Notes: generated by a model not told the origin, from the sequence alone. A stretch of DNA of 64,000 nucleotides from an uncultured Candidatus Poseidoniales archaeon (GCA_964585295.1 CAZPCY010000002.1:102745-166744); one strand, 5' to 3'. Positions 38,509 through 48,699 are shown, numbered from the stretch's first letter. Program-made: numbers and translations.

Positions 38509-39840
38509 TTAGAAATGTGAAGTCATTCTCCCCGATACCATCGTGTGAGTGCAGGGGGATGTTCCAGGCGTCTGGCACCAACCATCGATGTTTTCTCCTG
38601 ACAGGACGTTCAGATCCGCGGGACCGCCTTCCACCAGCGTACCAACACCTGCTCCGACATCAAGAGTCGATGCAGGATTTCTCGTCACGGCGACGAGAGC
38701 GGCGAGAGGATCGACCCCCAATCGATGGGTTGCGAGACTACCACTGAATGGAATTGACAGAGATCTGCAATTCGGATTGAAGTCCGTCGCAAGACTCCAA
38801 GGCTGAGCTAGTTCGATTCGTTGCTTGATTGGTGGCCAGTGGTCCGAACCGAGAACATAGGGCGTCCCTGGTAAGAAGCCTTGCAAGACGCCCTCTTCGG
38901 CTGCCGCTGACCGCGCATCCTCCGATGAATGCCCGGCGTGGTCAGCTGTATCCACAGAGAGTTCTGCAGCGAGGGCTAGTCCTCCAGAATCCGCGAACTC
39001 ATCAACATGAAGTCTCGCAGATAGTCCAGACGCCATGCCCTCCTTGACGATTTGCTCAGTCTCGTCGACCGTGAACCAGCCATCCTCGCAGAAAACATCG
39101 CACGAAGAGGCGATGCCTTGGTCGATGATAGCGGGTAATTGTTCCGCCATGATCTCCTCAACATACGATTCTCGAGAGTGATTGGCCGGAGTATCATGCG
39201 CCCCCATCCAAGTGACATGAATCCGTTGCGGCCCTCTGCTTGCGAGCTCTCCTGCGGCTCGGATGAGGGCAAGTTCGGACTCTGTGGTAAGGCCATATCC
39301 GCTCTTAACCTCCATCGTTGTGGTTCCATGGCGGAAGGCTGTTTCCATTCGATTCGCCCCGATTGCGGTGAGTTCAGTCACTGAAAGCTCTCGCGTTTCT
39401 CTAGTTGTCTTGCCGATTCCACCTCCTGATTCGGAAATCTGCCGGTAGGTCGAACCCCTCTGTCGAAGTCGTATTTCGTTTGAACGGTCACCGGCCCAAA
39501 TCAAATGGGTGTGAGCATCGACGAATCCCGGTACGACAGCTCGGTGCGCAATATCCCAAACCTCCACACCATCTAGATCAAACATCCTCGGGCTCTTTGC
39601 CTCTAATCTCATTCCGAGGCCGAACTCCTCAGCAATCTCTTCGGTTCTACCAATGGTGCGGATCCTATCTTCTTCGATTACCATCGCTGCCCCTGTATCT
39701 GCCAAAAGCGCTGTGCGATCATGCATGGCAGAGCCAACCAGCGGTTCCTGACCACCATTTGGAGATAGGTGAGCCATCTCACCGATGCGTAACAGGACTG
39801 TCTTCATCGAGTCGACACGGACGGCGGGGCTTGAAATCAT
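38509..39840 (-). CDS. hutI: Imidazolonepropionase
   Basis: Amidohydrolase superfamily with VDAHTHLIWAG metal-binding motif; likely start at the MKTVLL Met (39807). Confidence 0.85.
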   Translation of the reverse strand: MISSPAVRVDSMKTVLLRIGEMAHLSPNGGQEPLVGSAMHDRTALLADTGAAMVIEEDRIRTIGRTEEIAEEFGLGMRLEAKSPRMFDLDGVEVWDIAHRAVVPGFVDAHTHLIWAGDRSNEIRLRQRGSTYRQISESGGGIGKTTRETRELSVTELTAIGANRMETAFRHGTTTMEVKSGYGLTTESELALIRAAGELASRGPQRIHVTWMGAHDTPANHSRESYVEEIMAEQLPAIIDQGIASSCDVFCEDGWFTVDETEQIVKEGMASGLSARLHVDEFADSGGLALAAELSVDTADHAGHSSEDARSAAAEEGVLQGFLPGTPYVLGSDHWPPIKQRIELAQPWSLATDFNPNCRSLSIPFSGSLATHRLGVDPLAALVAVTRNPASTLDVGAGVGTLVEGGPADLNVLSGENIDGWCQTPGTSPCTHTMVSGRMTSHF

Positions 39841-39873
39841 GCGCCATCTCCCGTCCGCTTAGGACGGGGTACT

Positions 39874-40878
39874 TTGGGTTGGGTTCTAGGCATCGAATCA
39901 ACAGCCCACACCCTCTCGTTTGGAGCCGTCAGCCCGGAGGGTGAGGTGATACCATCGGCATCATCCCTTTTCCGGCCAGAACAAGGTGGTATCCACCCCC
40001 GGGAAGCGGCAGACCACCATTCGGATTCGGCTGCAAAATTACTTGGAAGATTGATCTCAACTCACGGCCTTCCCCTCTCCGAATTACGAGGAGTGGCCTT
40101 CAGCCAAGGCCCAGGGTTAGGACCTTGCCTCAGAGTGGGTGCATCAGTCGCACGTGCTCTCTCTGTAGCCCATGATGTTCCTTTGATTGGTGTCAACCAC
40201 TGTGTGGCGCATATCGAGATAGGTAGGCTTCTCTGCGACTGCGAGGACCCCGTTCTGCTGTATGTCAGCGGAGGAAATACGCAGGTCATAGCAAGACTTG
40301 GCGATCGATACCGAGTTCTCGGCGAGACTCTTGACATCGGAATCGGTAACATGCTCGACAAGTTCGCACGATTTCATGGACATCCTTTCCCGGGTGGCCC
40401 ATTAATCGAGCGAAAGGCGATGGATTGGGCCATTGGAGCAGATGGTATAACGGACGACCTAACTCTACCATATTCGGTACACGGCATGGATCTAGCATTC
40501 AGCGGCATCCTGACCTCAGCCAACATCCTCGTGGAACGGGGGGCTCCTTTCGATGCGGTTTGTTGGACGCTCCAAGAACATGTATTCGCAGCATGCATCG
40601 AGGTGGCTGAAAGGGCACTGGCCCACACGGGCAAGATGGAACTCCTACTGGGTGGAGGTGTGGCTTGTAACCGGCGCCTGAATGAGATGTCGGAATCGAT
40701 GTGTGAAGAGAGGGGTGCGACCTCGCACTGTCCTCCCAAGCAATACTGCATCGACAATGGAACGATGATCGCAGTGCTTGGCAGGCTTCATCTGGAAGAA
40801 GGTGAAACAACCCCCGTGCCAATGAGCGCAGTGGACCAAGCCCTGAGAACGGATAGAACAAGAGTGACGTGGGCGTGA
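39874..40878 (+). CDS. kae1: tRNA N6-adenosine threonylcarbamoyltransferase Kae1 (KEOPS catalytic subunit), stand-alone
   Basis: LGIESTAHTLSFGAV...GPGLGPCLRVG...GVNHCVAHIEIG Kae1/TsaD signatures; 334 aa, no Bud32 fusion. Confidence 0.9.
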   Translation: MGWVLGIESTAHTLSFGAVSPEGEVIPSASSLFRPEQGGIHPREAADHHSDSAAKLLGRLISTHGLPLSELRGVAFSQGPGLGPCLRVGASVARALSVAHDVPLIGVNHCVAHIEIGRLLCDCEDPVLLYVSGGNTQVIARLGDRYRVLGETLDIGIGNMLDKFARFHGHPFPGGPLIERKAMDWAIGADGITDDLTLPYSVHGMDLAFSGILTSANILVERGAPFDAVCWTLQEHVFAACIEVAERALAHTGKMELLLGGGVACNRRLNEMSESMCEERGATSHCPPKQYCIDNGTMIAVLGRLHLEEGETTPVPMSAVDQALRTDRTRVTWA

Positions 40879-40936
40879 ACGGCGCTATCACCCAACGCTT
40901 TAGAACGGGTGGTCTAGAGCCGCACTCACAGGAGTC

Positions 40937-41851
40937 ATGGGATTGAGTCGACGACGACCTCGGAAGCAGCCTGACAATCCCTTCACCAAGGGAGGTTCCC
41001 ACGAGACATCAGTCCGATCCCCTCAGAGGAGAGCGGGGGGGCAGCCATTCGGCAACCAGCCAAACCCCACCCCATCACCCAACGTCGCTCCAGGTTCAAT
41101 ACAGAGGCCGCCTCCGATTCCGGAACCTGAGTCCAACATCCCGAAGCCGATAGTCCGGAAGAAGCAGCCAGACGTTAAGACCGAGCCAGCTCCTGATCCC
41201 AAACAGGACGAGATTAAGGATTCAACATCAGAATCTGAGATGGAGGAATCTGAAGTCCCGAAACCCGACGAATCCGAGGTTCCGGAGACGCCAACAGCGG
41301 GGGGAGATGGACGTGGTATCGGCCTCTCTGCTTTGGATGAGCCGGCATCGGAACAGACGGATTCCCCTTCGGTTTCGGATGATGACCGGGTGGCTGACCT
41401 TCTGCAGCGTAGCAGGAAGACGAGCAAGGATCTTGAGAAGGATTCTGGAGAAGAACAATCCACCGGACCAGCACCCAATGCAGTTGGAACCGACCTGTTC
41501 ACCGTTCGACGTGACTCGGCTCCAACCAACGTATTCCGGCGGAGCGGTCCTAGCAGGCCAGCTCCCGGTAGAAGGCGAAGGCCAATCCCGCAACCAGCGG
41601 TCCGGCAGAAGCGGCTCGATCGCGGCAGGCATGTGGAGTACAAGTACGAAGTACGTGGTCTGATGGTGGAGATTGGGGTTCCCGAAGAGCATAGGTCCAG
41701 CCTTCTCGGATCGATATGGGCCAAGGGCGAGAGACAGGATGTGGAAGAAGCGAAAGGATTCATCCAGACTCAGGTTGACTTGGGCAACATCACTGCGGAT
41801 ATGGCCGAGGCATTGCTGAATGTCGTCTCCCGATACACCGTCAGAAGGTGA
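40937..41851 (+). CDS. Hypothetical protein: about 210 aa Pro/Ser/Glu-rich disordered N-terminal region plus about 90 aa C-terminal folded domain
   Basis: ORF track; composition; the antisense long ORFs are Arg/Trp-rich junk, supporting the + strand. Confidence 0.5.
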   Translation: MGLSRRRPRKQPDNPFTKGGSHETSVRSPQRRAGGQPFGNQPNPTPSPNVAPGSIQRPPPIPEPESNIPKPIVRKKQPDVKTEPAPDPKQDEIKDSTSESEMEESEVPKPDESEVPETPTAGGDGRGIGLSALDEPASEQTDSPSVSDDDRVADLLQRSRKTSKDLEKDSGEEQSTGPAPNAVGTDLFTVRRDSAPTNVFRRSGPSRPAPGRRRRPIPQPAVRQKRLDRGRHVEYKYEVRGLMVEIGVPEEHRSSLLGSIWAKGERQDVEEAKGFIQTQVDLGNITADMAEALLNVVSRYTVRR

Positions 41852-41907
41852 GTCACGACCGACAGAGGGATGAACGGCGCGCTCGCCCGGACTCCAAGGG
41901 AGCCACC

Positions 41908-43512
41908 ATGACGAGTGAGCGAAAGGATCGATGGGAGACGCTTGGTGGACTCCCGCTTCCATCTATCCCTACCGAGACTACCGCAGTCGAATCTGGTCAC
42001 CAACCGGATTACGACTGCCTTCCCGGAGAACCCCCTTACACCAGAGGGATACACGAAACGATGTATCGAAGCCGGATCTGGACGATGCGGCAGTATGCGG
42101 GTTTTTCCACTGCAGCGGAAACCAATCAGCGGTTCAGGATGCTTCTTGAACAAGGTCAGAAAGGGCTCTCGGTGGCTTTTGACCTACCTACTCAACTCGG
42201 TATGGATAGCGATGATCAGATGGCCGAAGGAGAGGTAGGTAAGGTAGGGGTGGCCATCGATACGATTGAAGACATGCGCACCCTATTCGATGGAATCGAT
42301 CTCGGTACAATCTCCACATCGATGACGATCAATGCGCCGGCAGCCATCCTGCTCGCCCTATACATAGCGGTGGCAGATGAGAGAGGTGTTCCACGGGAGC
42401 GATTGAGAGGCACCGTGCAGAATGATGTCTTGAAGGAATACATCGCCAGAGGCCTCTATGTCTTCCCACCGGTCCAGAGTCTCAGACTCGCGACGGATGT
42501 GATGGCATGGTGCAGCGAGGAAGTGCCTTCGTGGAACACGATTTCGATTTCAGGATACCATATCAGGGAGGCAGGGGCGACCGCAGTCGAAGAGGTTGCT
42601 TTCACGCTGGCCAACGCATTGGAATACATCTCAGCCGCGATCGCTAGTGGGTTGGACATCGATGTGATAGCACCGAGAATCTCGTTTTTCTTCGGTTGCC
42701 ACAACGATTTCTTTGAAGAGGTGGCCAAGTTCCGTGCTGCGCGTACCCTATGGCATAATCTGCTAACAGAGCGCCATCAACCGAAGGACCGGAAATCCCT
42801 GCTGATGAGATTCCACACCCAAACTGCAGGCGTCACTCTGACCGCTCAGCAACCTCTCAACAACATCGTTAGGGTGGCATATCAAGCGATGGCGGCGGTT
42901 CTCGGAGGAACCCAGTCCCTGCATACCAATTCCTACGACGAAGCATTGGGCCTTCCGACATCCGAATCCGCGACCATGGCGTTGCGCACTCAACAGATTC
43001 TCGCTGAGGAGACAGGAGTAGCTGATGTCGTGGACCCATTGGGAGGTAGCCATCTAGTCGAGGGGCTGACTGCGATGATCATGAGTGAGGCGCTAGCGTT
43101 GATTACCGACATGGATGATAATGGAGGGGCAATCAAATGCATGGAATCAGGCCTGCAGCAGCGAATGATCCATGAGAGCGCTTGGAAGCAGTTGCGAGCA
43201 ATGGAAGATCAGAGCAGGAGCATAATCGGAGTCAATCATGCAATCGAGGAGGAGATGGGTGAGATCGGCGAAGGGCAATCCCTCAATCCGACGATTTATG
43301 AGAATCAGGTCCAGAGGCTCACGGATATTCGACAGAATCGTAATCAACGGGAAGCACAAATCAGACTTTCAGAACTTCGGGAGGCTTGCGATAAAGGCCA
43401 TTCCATCATGCCTAGGATTATCGACGCGGTGAAGGCGGAATGCACTGTCGGAGAAATCATGGGGGCCATGCGAGATTCCTTCGGAACCTATCGGGCCCCT
43501 AGTGGAATATGA
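41908..43512 (+). CDS. mcmA: Methylmalonyl-CoA mutase catalytic (alpha, N-terminal) subunit, lacking a B12-binding domain
   Basis: PPYTRGIHETMYRSRIWTMRQYAGFSTAAETNQRF...GLSVAFDLPTQ MCM core signatures; start chosen at the MTSERK Met. Confidence 0.85.
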   Translation: MTSERKDRWETLGGLPLPSIPTETTAVESGHQPDYDCLPGEPPYTRGIHETMYRSRIWTMRQYAGFSTAAETNQRFRMLLEQGQKGLSVAFDLPTQLGMDSDDQMAEGEVGKVGVAIDTIEDMRTLFDGIDLGTISTSMTINAPAAILLALYIAVADERGVPRERLRGTVQNDVLKEYIARGLYVFPPVQSLRLATDVMAWCSEEVPSWNTISISGYHIREAGATAVEEVAFTLANALEYISAAIASGLDIDVIAPRISFFFGCHNDFFEEVAKFRAARTLWHNLLTERHQPKDRKSLLMRFHTQTAGVTLTAQQPLNNIVRVAYQAMAAVLGGTQSLHTNSYDEALGLPTSESATMALRTQQILAEETGVADVVDPLGGSHLVEGLTAMIMSEALALITDMDDNGGAIKCMESGLQQRMIHESAWKQLRAMEDQSRSIIGVNHAIEEEMGEIGEGQSLNPTIYENQVQRLTDIRQNRNQREAQIRLSELREACDKGHSIMPRIIDAVKAECTVGEIMGAMRDSFGTYRAPSGI

Positions 43513-43521
43513 GGTGGAAAC

Positions 43522-43959
43522 ATGGTTACCATCGACCATATCGGAATAGCCGTAGAAGATCTGGAGGCGGGAAGCGCTTTCTGGCGGCTCTTGGGACTTC
43601 AGGAGACTGGTGATGAAACCGTCGAGGAACAAGGAGTCGATATCCGATTCTTTGAGTCAATTACGAACAACGTCGATCAGATTGTTGCGCCTCGACTTGA
43701 ATTGTTGGCACCACGAGGGGCCGATACACCCATTGGCCGATTCCTCACCAACCACGGATCGGGAGTCCAGCAAATTGCATTCCGTGTCGAAGATCTCGAC
43801 TCCACTATCATTCGACTTGTAGAAGCGGGCATCCAGATGATCGATGAAGAACCAAGATCAGGGGCCGATGGAACACGTGTCGCCTTCGTCCATCCTCGTT
43901 CGACTGGAGGTGTGCTGGTCGAACTCCTAGAGAAGGCCTCAACTGCGAACTCGGTCTGA
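43522..43959 (+). CDS. mce: Methylmalonyl-CoA epimerase (VOC/glyoxalase family)
   Basis: MVTIDHIGIAVEDLEAG N-terminus and paired VOC modules; adjacent to the mcm gene. Confidence 0.8.
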   Translation: MVTIDHIGIAVEDLEAGSAFWRLLGLQETGDETVEEQGVDIRFFESITNNVDQIVAPRLELLAPRGADTPIGRFLTNHGSGVQQIAFRVEDLDSTIIRLVEAGIQMIDEEPRSGADGTRVAFVHPRSTGGVLVELLEKASTANSV

Positions 43960-43992
43960 ACCGTCAAAAAGGAGACCTCACTCGCCGGTCTG

Positions 43993-44289
43993 ATGCGAGA
44001 CCTACTGCGATCCCTACTCGAAGGCAGTATGGCCGAATCGGAACTTCGGAGAGCGATGGACTTCCTGACCGATGCCTTGGACTCTCTTCGCCAAGAAGAG
44101 CACATCAGCAATGATGCATATCTCGACGCTGGTGCTATTCAAGGTGGTCTCGGGATGGTCGCCGACATGGCTGCTCTCGGAGTGTCCGAGGAGGAACTCA
44201 GGGACAACTTGAAGGATTTAATCGATAGATCGGAGAGACTGTGCTCAGTCCACCCCGATTTAGATGCGGCAATCGCTTCGAAGTGCTGA
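43993..44289 (+). CDS. Small acidic helical hypothetical protein (98 aa)
   Basis: ORF track only. Confidence 0.3.
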   Translation: MRDLLRSLLEGSMAESELRRAMDFLTDALDSLRQEEHISNDAYLDAGAIQGGLGMVADMAALGVSEEELRDNLKDLIDRSERLCSVHPDLDAAIASKC

Positions 44290-44298
44290 GATGGTCTG

Positions 44299-45153
44299 AT
44301 GGCGAGCCCCCTGCTCGTCACGGAATCGCTTCACAAGAGATTCGGTGACATCCATGCGTTGCGCGATGTCGATATCACGTTCCACCGCGGCGAAGTCGTT
44401 GGACTGGTCGGTGGTAACGGAGCTGGCAAGACGACATTGCTGAGGCTTCTCTGCGGTTTGTATCAACCGACCTCAGGAGATGTCTGTCTACTCGACGAGG
44501 TTGGAGGTAGGATGCCGGTAACGCGTTTGCGTAGTCATCTCGGAGTAGTCCCAGAATCAAGTGGACTCTACCATCGATTCTCCGCTTGGGAGAACATCCG
44601 GTATCACGCGAGGTTGCACGGTATTCCTGATGATGTGTCTTGGACAAGGACTGAGAGGTTTGCCAAGGCGCTAGACCTGCTGAATGATCTTCATCGCCCC
44701 ACACGTGGCTTCAGCCGTGGCATGCGACAAAAGACGGCGTTAATCAGAGCGCTTGCACACGGTCCAGATGTGCTGTTGCTCGATGAACCAACCGGTGGCC
44801 TCGATGTAACCAGTGCCAGAATGGTAAGAACGGTGGTCCGAAGACTCGGAGACGAAGGTGGTACCGTGATTTACAGCACTCACCATCTAGCCGAGGCTGA
44901 GAGGGTGTGCGACAGGATTGTCATCATCCACAACGGAACTCTAAGGGCCACGGGCACCCCTGTCCAACTGATGATGGAAACAAGGACATCCAGTCTGGAG
45001 GATGCATATGTGTCTCTGACAGGAGATGAGGCCAGAGATGAATCCCCGGAGAACGCTGGCAGCGTCTCTTCCTGGTGGACCGATCTTCTGCATCGTCTCT
45101 CCAGAAGACCGTCATTAACGACTCTTCGTAGCGAAAGGGGTGAGGAGGAATGA
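44299..45153 (+). CDS. ABC transporter ATP-binding protein
   Basis: GGNGAGKTT Walker A, LSGGMRQK-like signature region, Walker B LLLDEPT. Confidence 0.85.
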   Translation: MASPLLVTESLHKRFGDIHALRDVDITFHRGEVVGLVGGNGAGKTTLLRLLCGLYQPTSGDVCLLDEVGGRMPVTRLRSHLGVVPESSGLYHRFSAWENIRYHARLHGIPDDVSWTRTERFAKALDLLNDLHRPTRGFSRGMRQKTALIRALAHGPDVLLLDEPTGGLDVTSARMVRTVVRRLGDEGGTVIYSTHHLAEAERVCDRIVIIHNGTLRATGTPVQLMMETRTSSLEDAYVSLTGDEARDESPENAGSVSSWWTDLLHRLSRRPSLTTLRSERGEEE

Positions 45154-46427
45154 CCGAGGCAACTCCACGATCCCTGGAGGCGTTGTCTTCGATTAGAACA
45201 ATCGCCATCAAGGAGATTGTCGACTTCCTCCGTGATTGGAGAACACTTCTGGCCGTACTGCTCGTCCCCCTGCTCCTCTTCCCCCTCATCTTCGGTCTGT
45301 TGCCGATATTTCTCCAGGGTGAGGCGACGGAATTGCAGCAGAAGCGATTGTCCGTCGTGATCGAGGTGGAGGAGGGGGGGGAGGTCCCCGATGAACTAGC
45401 ACGGATTCTCAGCGAGAGCGATTTGGACACGATAGATGCCGTTTTGACTAACCTGAATGGCAAGTCCCTGTCGGAACCAGGGGGTATCGCTTCAGACAGA
45501 CTGCGGGCGGGTCTTGACTCAGGTGAAGAGCATTGCATACTGAGACTTGTGCAGACCGAGACCAATGCAACCGAATCCTGGAACTATGCGATAATCAGTG
45601 ATTCCACACACGAGTTCTCAAGGGAGGCGCGAGCCCGGACTCTCGAAGCAGTTCTAGAATGGGAGGATGGCATAGTCAATGCCACCCTCGGGGCACACGG
45701 ACTGGAACGGCAGGAGGCCATTGACCCCATCCACTGGGATGGTGAGCAGGCCGAAGCGGACATCTCTAGCGAAGGAGAGCGTGCTGCCTTCGGATTCTCT
45801 CTGATTATCCCTCTGGTGGTCGCTCTATGGACGGCATCATCTGCTATCCAACCAGCCATCGACATGACCGCGGGAGAGAGGGAGAGAGGGACTCTGGAGG
45901 CGCTGCTTTGTACGCCAGTCGAACGCCGAGACCTCTTGATGGGGAAGTGGTTTGCCGTCGCCACCATAGCGATGGTCAGCGTACTTCTTCAGGTCGCTGG
46001 CCTGTTAATAGCTATCGAGTTCATCGCGGCGGGATTCGTTACTCTACCGACCATACCGATAACCGGCTGGCTGCTCTTTGTTCTCAGTGTACTGATGTTC
46101 GCTATTTTCACGGTTGCGATCGAGCTTGCGGCAGCCATCAGAGCGAGATCGGTGAAGGAAGCTGGATCGACACTCACTCCGATGATCATCCTGTTCATCG
46201 GACCAACTCTATTCAGCCAGTTCGTCAATCTGGAAGGAATCGAAGCGTGGTGGTTCACCCTTCCGATATTCAATGTCTGTCTCGGCATGAGGGAAGCACT
46301 CGTAGGCACTCTAGACCCTCTCCACATCGTTCTCTGGTCTAGCACGAGCCTGCTCTACGCGACGCTTGCAGTAATCTGGGCAAGCAGTCAGTTCAATCGC
46401 GAGGATCTCGTCGAAGCAATCTCCTGA
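45150..46427 (+). CDS. ABC-2 family permease with large extracellular loop between TM1 and TM2
   Basis: 6 TM topology with about 170 aa loop after TM1; ATGA overlap with the ATPase gene. Confidence 0.75.
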   Translation: MTEATPRSLEALSSIRTIAIKEIVDFLRDWRTLLAVLLVPLLLFPLIFGLLPIFLQGEATELQQKRLSVVIEVEEGGEVPDELARILSESDLDTIDAVLTNLNGKSLSEPGGIASDRLRAGLDSGEEHCILRLVQTETNATESWNYAIISDSTHEFSREARARTLEAVLEWEDGIVNATLGAHGLERQEAIDPIHWDGEQAEADISSEGERAAFGFSLIIPLVVALWTASSAIQPAIDMTAGERERGTLEALLCTPVERRDLLMGKWFAVATIAMVSVLLQVAGLLIAIEFIAAGFVTLPTIPITGWLLFVLSVLMFAIFTVAIELAAAIRARSVKEAGSTLTPMIILFIGPTLFSQFVNLEGIEAWWFTLPIFNVCLGMREALVGTLDPLHIVLWSSTSLLYATLAVIWASSQFNREDLVEAIS

Positions 46428-46429
46428 GA

Positions 46430-46446
46430 GGGGCCGGTATGGCCCC
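46430..46446 (+). terminator. GC-rich hairpin (GGGGCC-GGTAT-GGCCCC) followed by a T-rich stretch, immediately after the permease stop
   Basis: Perfect 6-bp inverted repeat seen in sequence; tattcttctaatt follows. Confidence 0.35.
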
Positions 46447-46500
46447 TATTCTTCTAATTCGATCCCAGCCGTATCAGAGGTGTTTGCTCAAATTGTCTCG

Positions 46501-46516
46501 TATTACTTGAGTAATA
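46501..46516. promoter_or_regulatory. Perfect 7-bp-arm palindrome TATTACT-TG-AGTAATA upstream of the RHH gene: candidate operator
   Basis: Seen in sequence 19-43 nt upstream of the candidate RHH start codons. Confidence 0.3.
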
Positions 46517-46558
46517 TCTAAAGAATACCTTGATATGCCGAATGTCTTGGGAACAACC

Positions 46559-46744
46559 ATGCCCAAGATTAGTCTGGACATGCCAGCCGAACTGCTCGAG
46601 GACCTGCGCCTACATGTAGGGGACGAGCGGAAATTCGTCTCGCTGGCCGATGCCGTTCGAACCGCTTGTCGGAAACTGCTCGACCAATTGGATTCCATCG
46701 ATCAGCGGCACGGAAGGATTCCAGGGCGTGATTCCAATGAATGA
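46559..46744 (+). CDS. Ribbon-helix-helix (CopG-like) DNA-binding protein
   Basis: MPKISLDMPAELLEDL beta-strand plus two helices typical of RHH; overlaps the folE start by 8 nt. Confidence 0.5.
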   Translation: MPKISLDMPAELLEDLRLHVGDERKFVSLADAVRTACRKLLDQLDSIDQRHGRIPGRDSNE

Positions 46745-47321
46745 GCAGAGCGAAGAGATTCTACACGCCATAGAGACTATTCTGAGATACATCGAATCCA
46801 GCGATGGGACTCTCAGAGAGGGGCTGGTCGATTCTCCAAGACGTATACTCCACTCCTTCGAAGAGATCTTCTCAGGGTACGGAGAATCAGCCGAAGAAGT
46901 TCTCGACGCCACCTTCAATGCTGAAGGATATGATGGAATCGTTTTGCTCAGGGACATCGAATTCCACTCGATGTGCGAACATCATCTGCAACCATTCAGC
47001 GGCCGCGCGCATGTAGCTTACATCCCAGTCGAGCGGATCGTCGGAATCAGTAAGTTGGCCCGCTTGGTGGACATCCACGCCAAGCGATTACAGAATCAGG
47101 AGCGGGTGACTAAGGGAGTGGCGGATGACATCGAAGCCAATCTACAACCATTGGGTGCAGCAGTGATTCTTGAAGCCAGACACGGATGCATGCGCTGTAG
47201 AGGAGTGGGGAAGCAGAACGCCGTCATGACAACGAGTGCAATGCGGGGTGTCTTCTTTGAAAAGGCCGAAGCGAGAACGGAATTGCTCCAACTGATTAGA
47301 TCACAACCTTTGCGGGAGTGA
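46737..47321 (+). CDS. folE: GTP cyclohydrolase I (FolE type)
   Basis: FHSMCEHHLQPFSGRAHVAYIP zinc-binding signature of FolE. Confidence 0.85.
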   Translation: MNEQSEEILHAIETILRYIESSDGTLREGLVDSPRRILHSFEEIFSGYGESAEEVLDATFNAEGYDGIVLLRDIEFHSMCEHHLQPFSGRAHVAYIPVERIVGISKLARLVDIHAKRLQNQERVTKGVADDIEANLQPLGAAVILEARHGCMRCRGVGKQNAVMTTSAMRGVFFEKAEARTELLQLIRSQPLRE

Positions 47322-47926
47322 ATGTGATGCCATCATTCTATCCTGTCGTGGAGATCTTTCACTCCGTCCAAGGAGAAGGGTTCCATGTGGGCATCCCACA
47401 TGTATTCATTCGATTCGGGGAATGCAACCTGCGTTGCGAATGGTGCGACACGGATTTCTTGACCCACGAGGAGATGACGATTGGGGAGATCGTCGAAGAG
47501 GTGGTGGCTTACGATTGCGGAAGAGTGGTTCTGACCGGAGGTGAGCCGGCAATCCACAATCTCGAGCCGATATGCGAATCTCTGAAGCGAGCGAATTTGT
47601 CTATCTCAATCGAGACGAACGGTACCATACCCATTCCTGATGCAATCGATTGGATCTGCGTCTCGCCCAAAGACATGCTATATCCTAACGCAGCAATCAA
47701 GCAGCGAATGGGAGACGAACTGAAAGTAGTGTACTGTGGTCAAGATCTCGCGTTGTACGACGATTTGAAGAAAGGATTCGACCATCTTTTCCTACAACCT
47801 TGCTATATCGAAGATGCGAGCGTCGAGGAGAACGGTAGGGGATTTGCTGCCGTCGAAGCAATCGTCAAGGACAATCCAGACTGGCGTCTCTCGCTGCAGA
47901 CCCACAAGTGGATGGGGGTCTCCTGA
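47318..47926 (+). CDS. queE: 7-carboxy-7-deazaguanine synthase QueE (radical SAM)
   Basis: EIFHSVQGEG...CNLRCEWCDT motif. Confidence 0.85.
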   Translation: MNVMPSFYPVVEIFHSVQGEGFHVGIPHVFIRFGECNLRCEWCDTDFLTHEEMTIGEIVEEVVAYDCGRVVLTGGEPAIHNLEPICESLKRANLSISIETNGTIPIPDAIDWICVSPKDMLYPNAAIKQRMGDELKVVYCGQDLALYDDLKKGFDHLFLQPCYIEDASVEENGRGFAAVEAIVKDNPDWRLSLQTHKWMGVS

Positions 47927-48699
47927 TGCGCTCGATAATGGCTCTCTCGGGGGGTATGGATTCCACCGGACTGTTGATGCGTCTGCTTGCAAAAGGACAC
48001 ACTGTGGATTGTCTGTCGTTCGATTACGGCCAAAAGCACGCCATCGAACTGGAGAGGGCCGATGCGAATGTGCAACTGTTGGCAGAGCATGGAATCGATC
48101 TGAATCACATAATCGTCGATTTGACCAGCGTGATGTCAATGTTCAGATCTGCGTTGACCAGCGGGGACATCGATGTTCCAGAAGGACACTATGAGGAACA
48201 ACAGATGAAGCAGACTGTCGTACCCAACCGAAACGCGATATTCGCTAGCATCCTGCATGGACACGCGCTCAGTGTCGCACTAAGAGAGGATTGCGAGGTG
48301 AAGGTCGCTCTCGGAGTCCACTCTGGCGACCATGCAATCTATCCAGACTGTAGACCTGAGTTCTATCTTGCTCTCAGCCACGCCTTTGACCTAGGCAATT
48401 GGGATAGTGACAGGGTGTGCTTCTACCTCCCGTACATCGAATCGGACAAGGCACATATTCTCAGGGACACCATTGATTCCTGTTCAACCCTAGGTCTCGA
48501 TTTCGACACGGTTCTCGGCAACACCTGTACCTCTTATGAACCGGACGAAAGAGGGAGGGCGAGCGGCCGTACTGGGTCTGATGTCGAGAGAATCCTCGCC
48601 TTCCACTCGATTGGGAAAATCGACCCCATCGAATACGTAGATGAATGGGAGATTGTACTAGCCAATGCGCTCAGATTGGAATCCGAGGTGGAAGCATGA
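47926..48699 (+). CDS. queC: 7-cyano-7-deazaguanine synthase QueC
   Basis: ALSGGMDST PP-loop; C-terminal zinc-binding cysteines; 1-nt TGATG overlap with queE. Confidence 0.85.
   Translation: MRSIMALSGGMDSTGLLMRLLAKGHTVDCLSFDYGQKHAIELERADANVQLLAEHGIDLNHIIVDLTSVMSMFRSALTSGDIDVPEGHYEEQQMKQTVVPNRNAIFASILHGHALSVALREDCEVKVALGVHSGDHAIYPDCRPEFYLALSHAFDLGNWDSDRVCFYLPYIESDKAHILRDTIDSCSTLGLDFDTVLGNTCTSYEPDERGRASGRTGSDVERILAFHSIGKIDPIEYVDEWEIVLANALRLESEVEA

Noticed and set aside
41023-41962. Two antisense ORFs of about 245 aa opposite the disordered-protein gene
   Set aside because: Both are Arg/Trp/Cys-rich with no motifs. The plus-strand ORF continues without a spacer from kae1 and overlaps mcmA in operon fashion.
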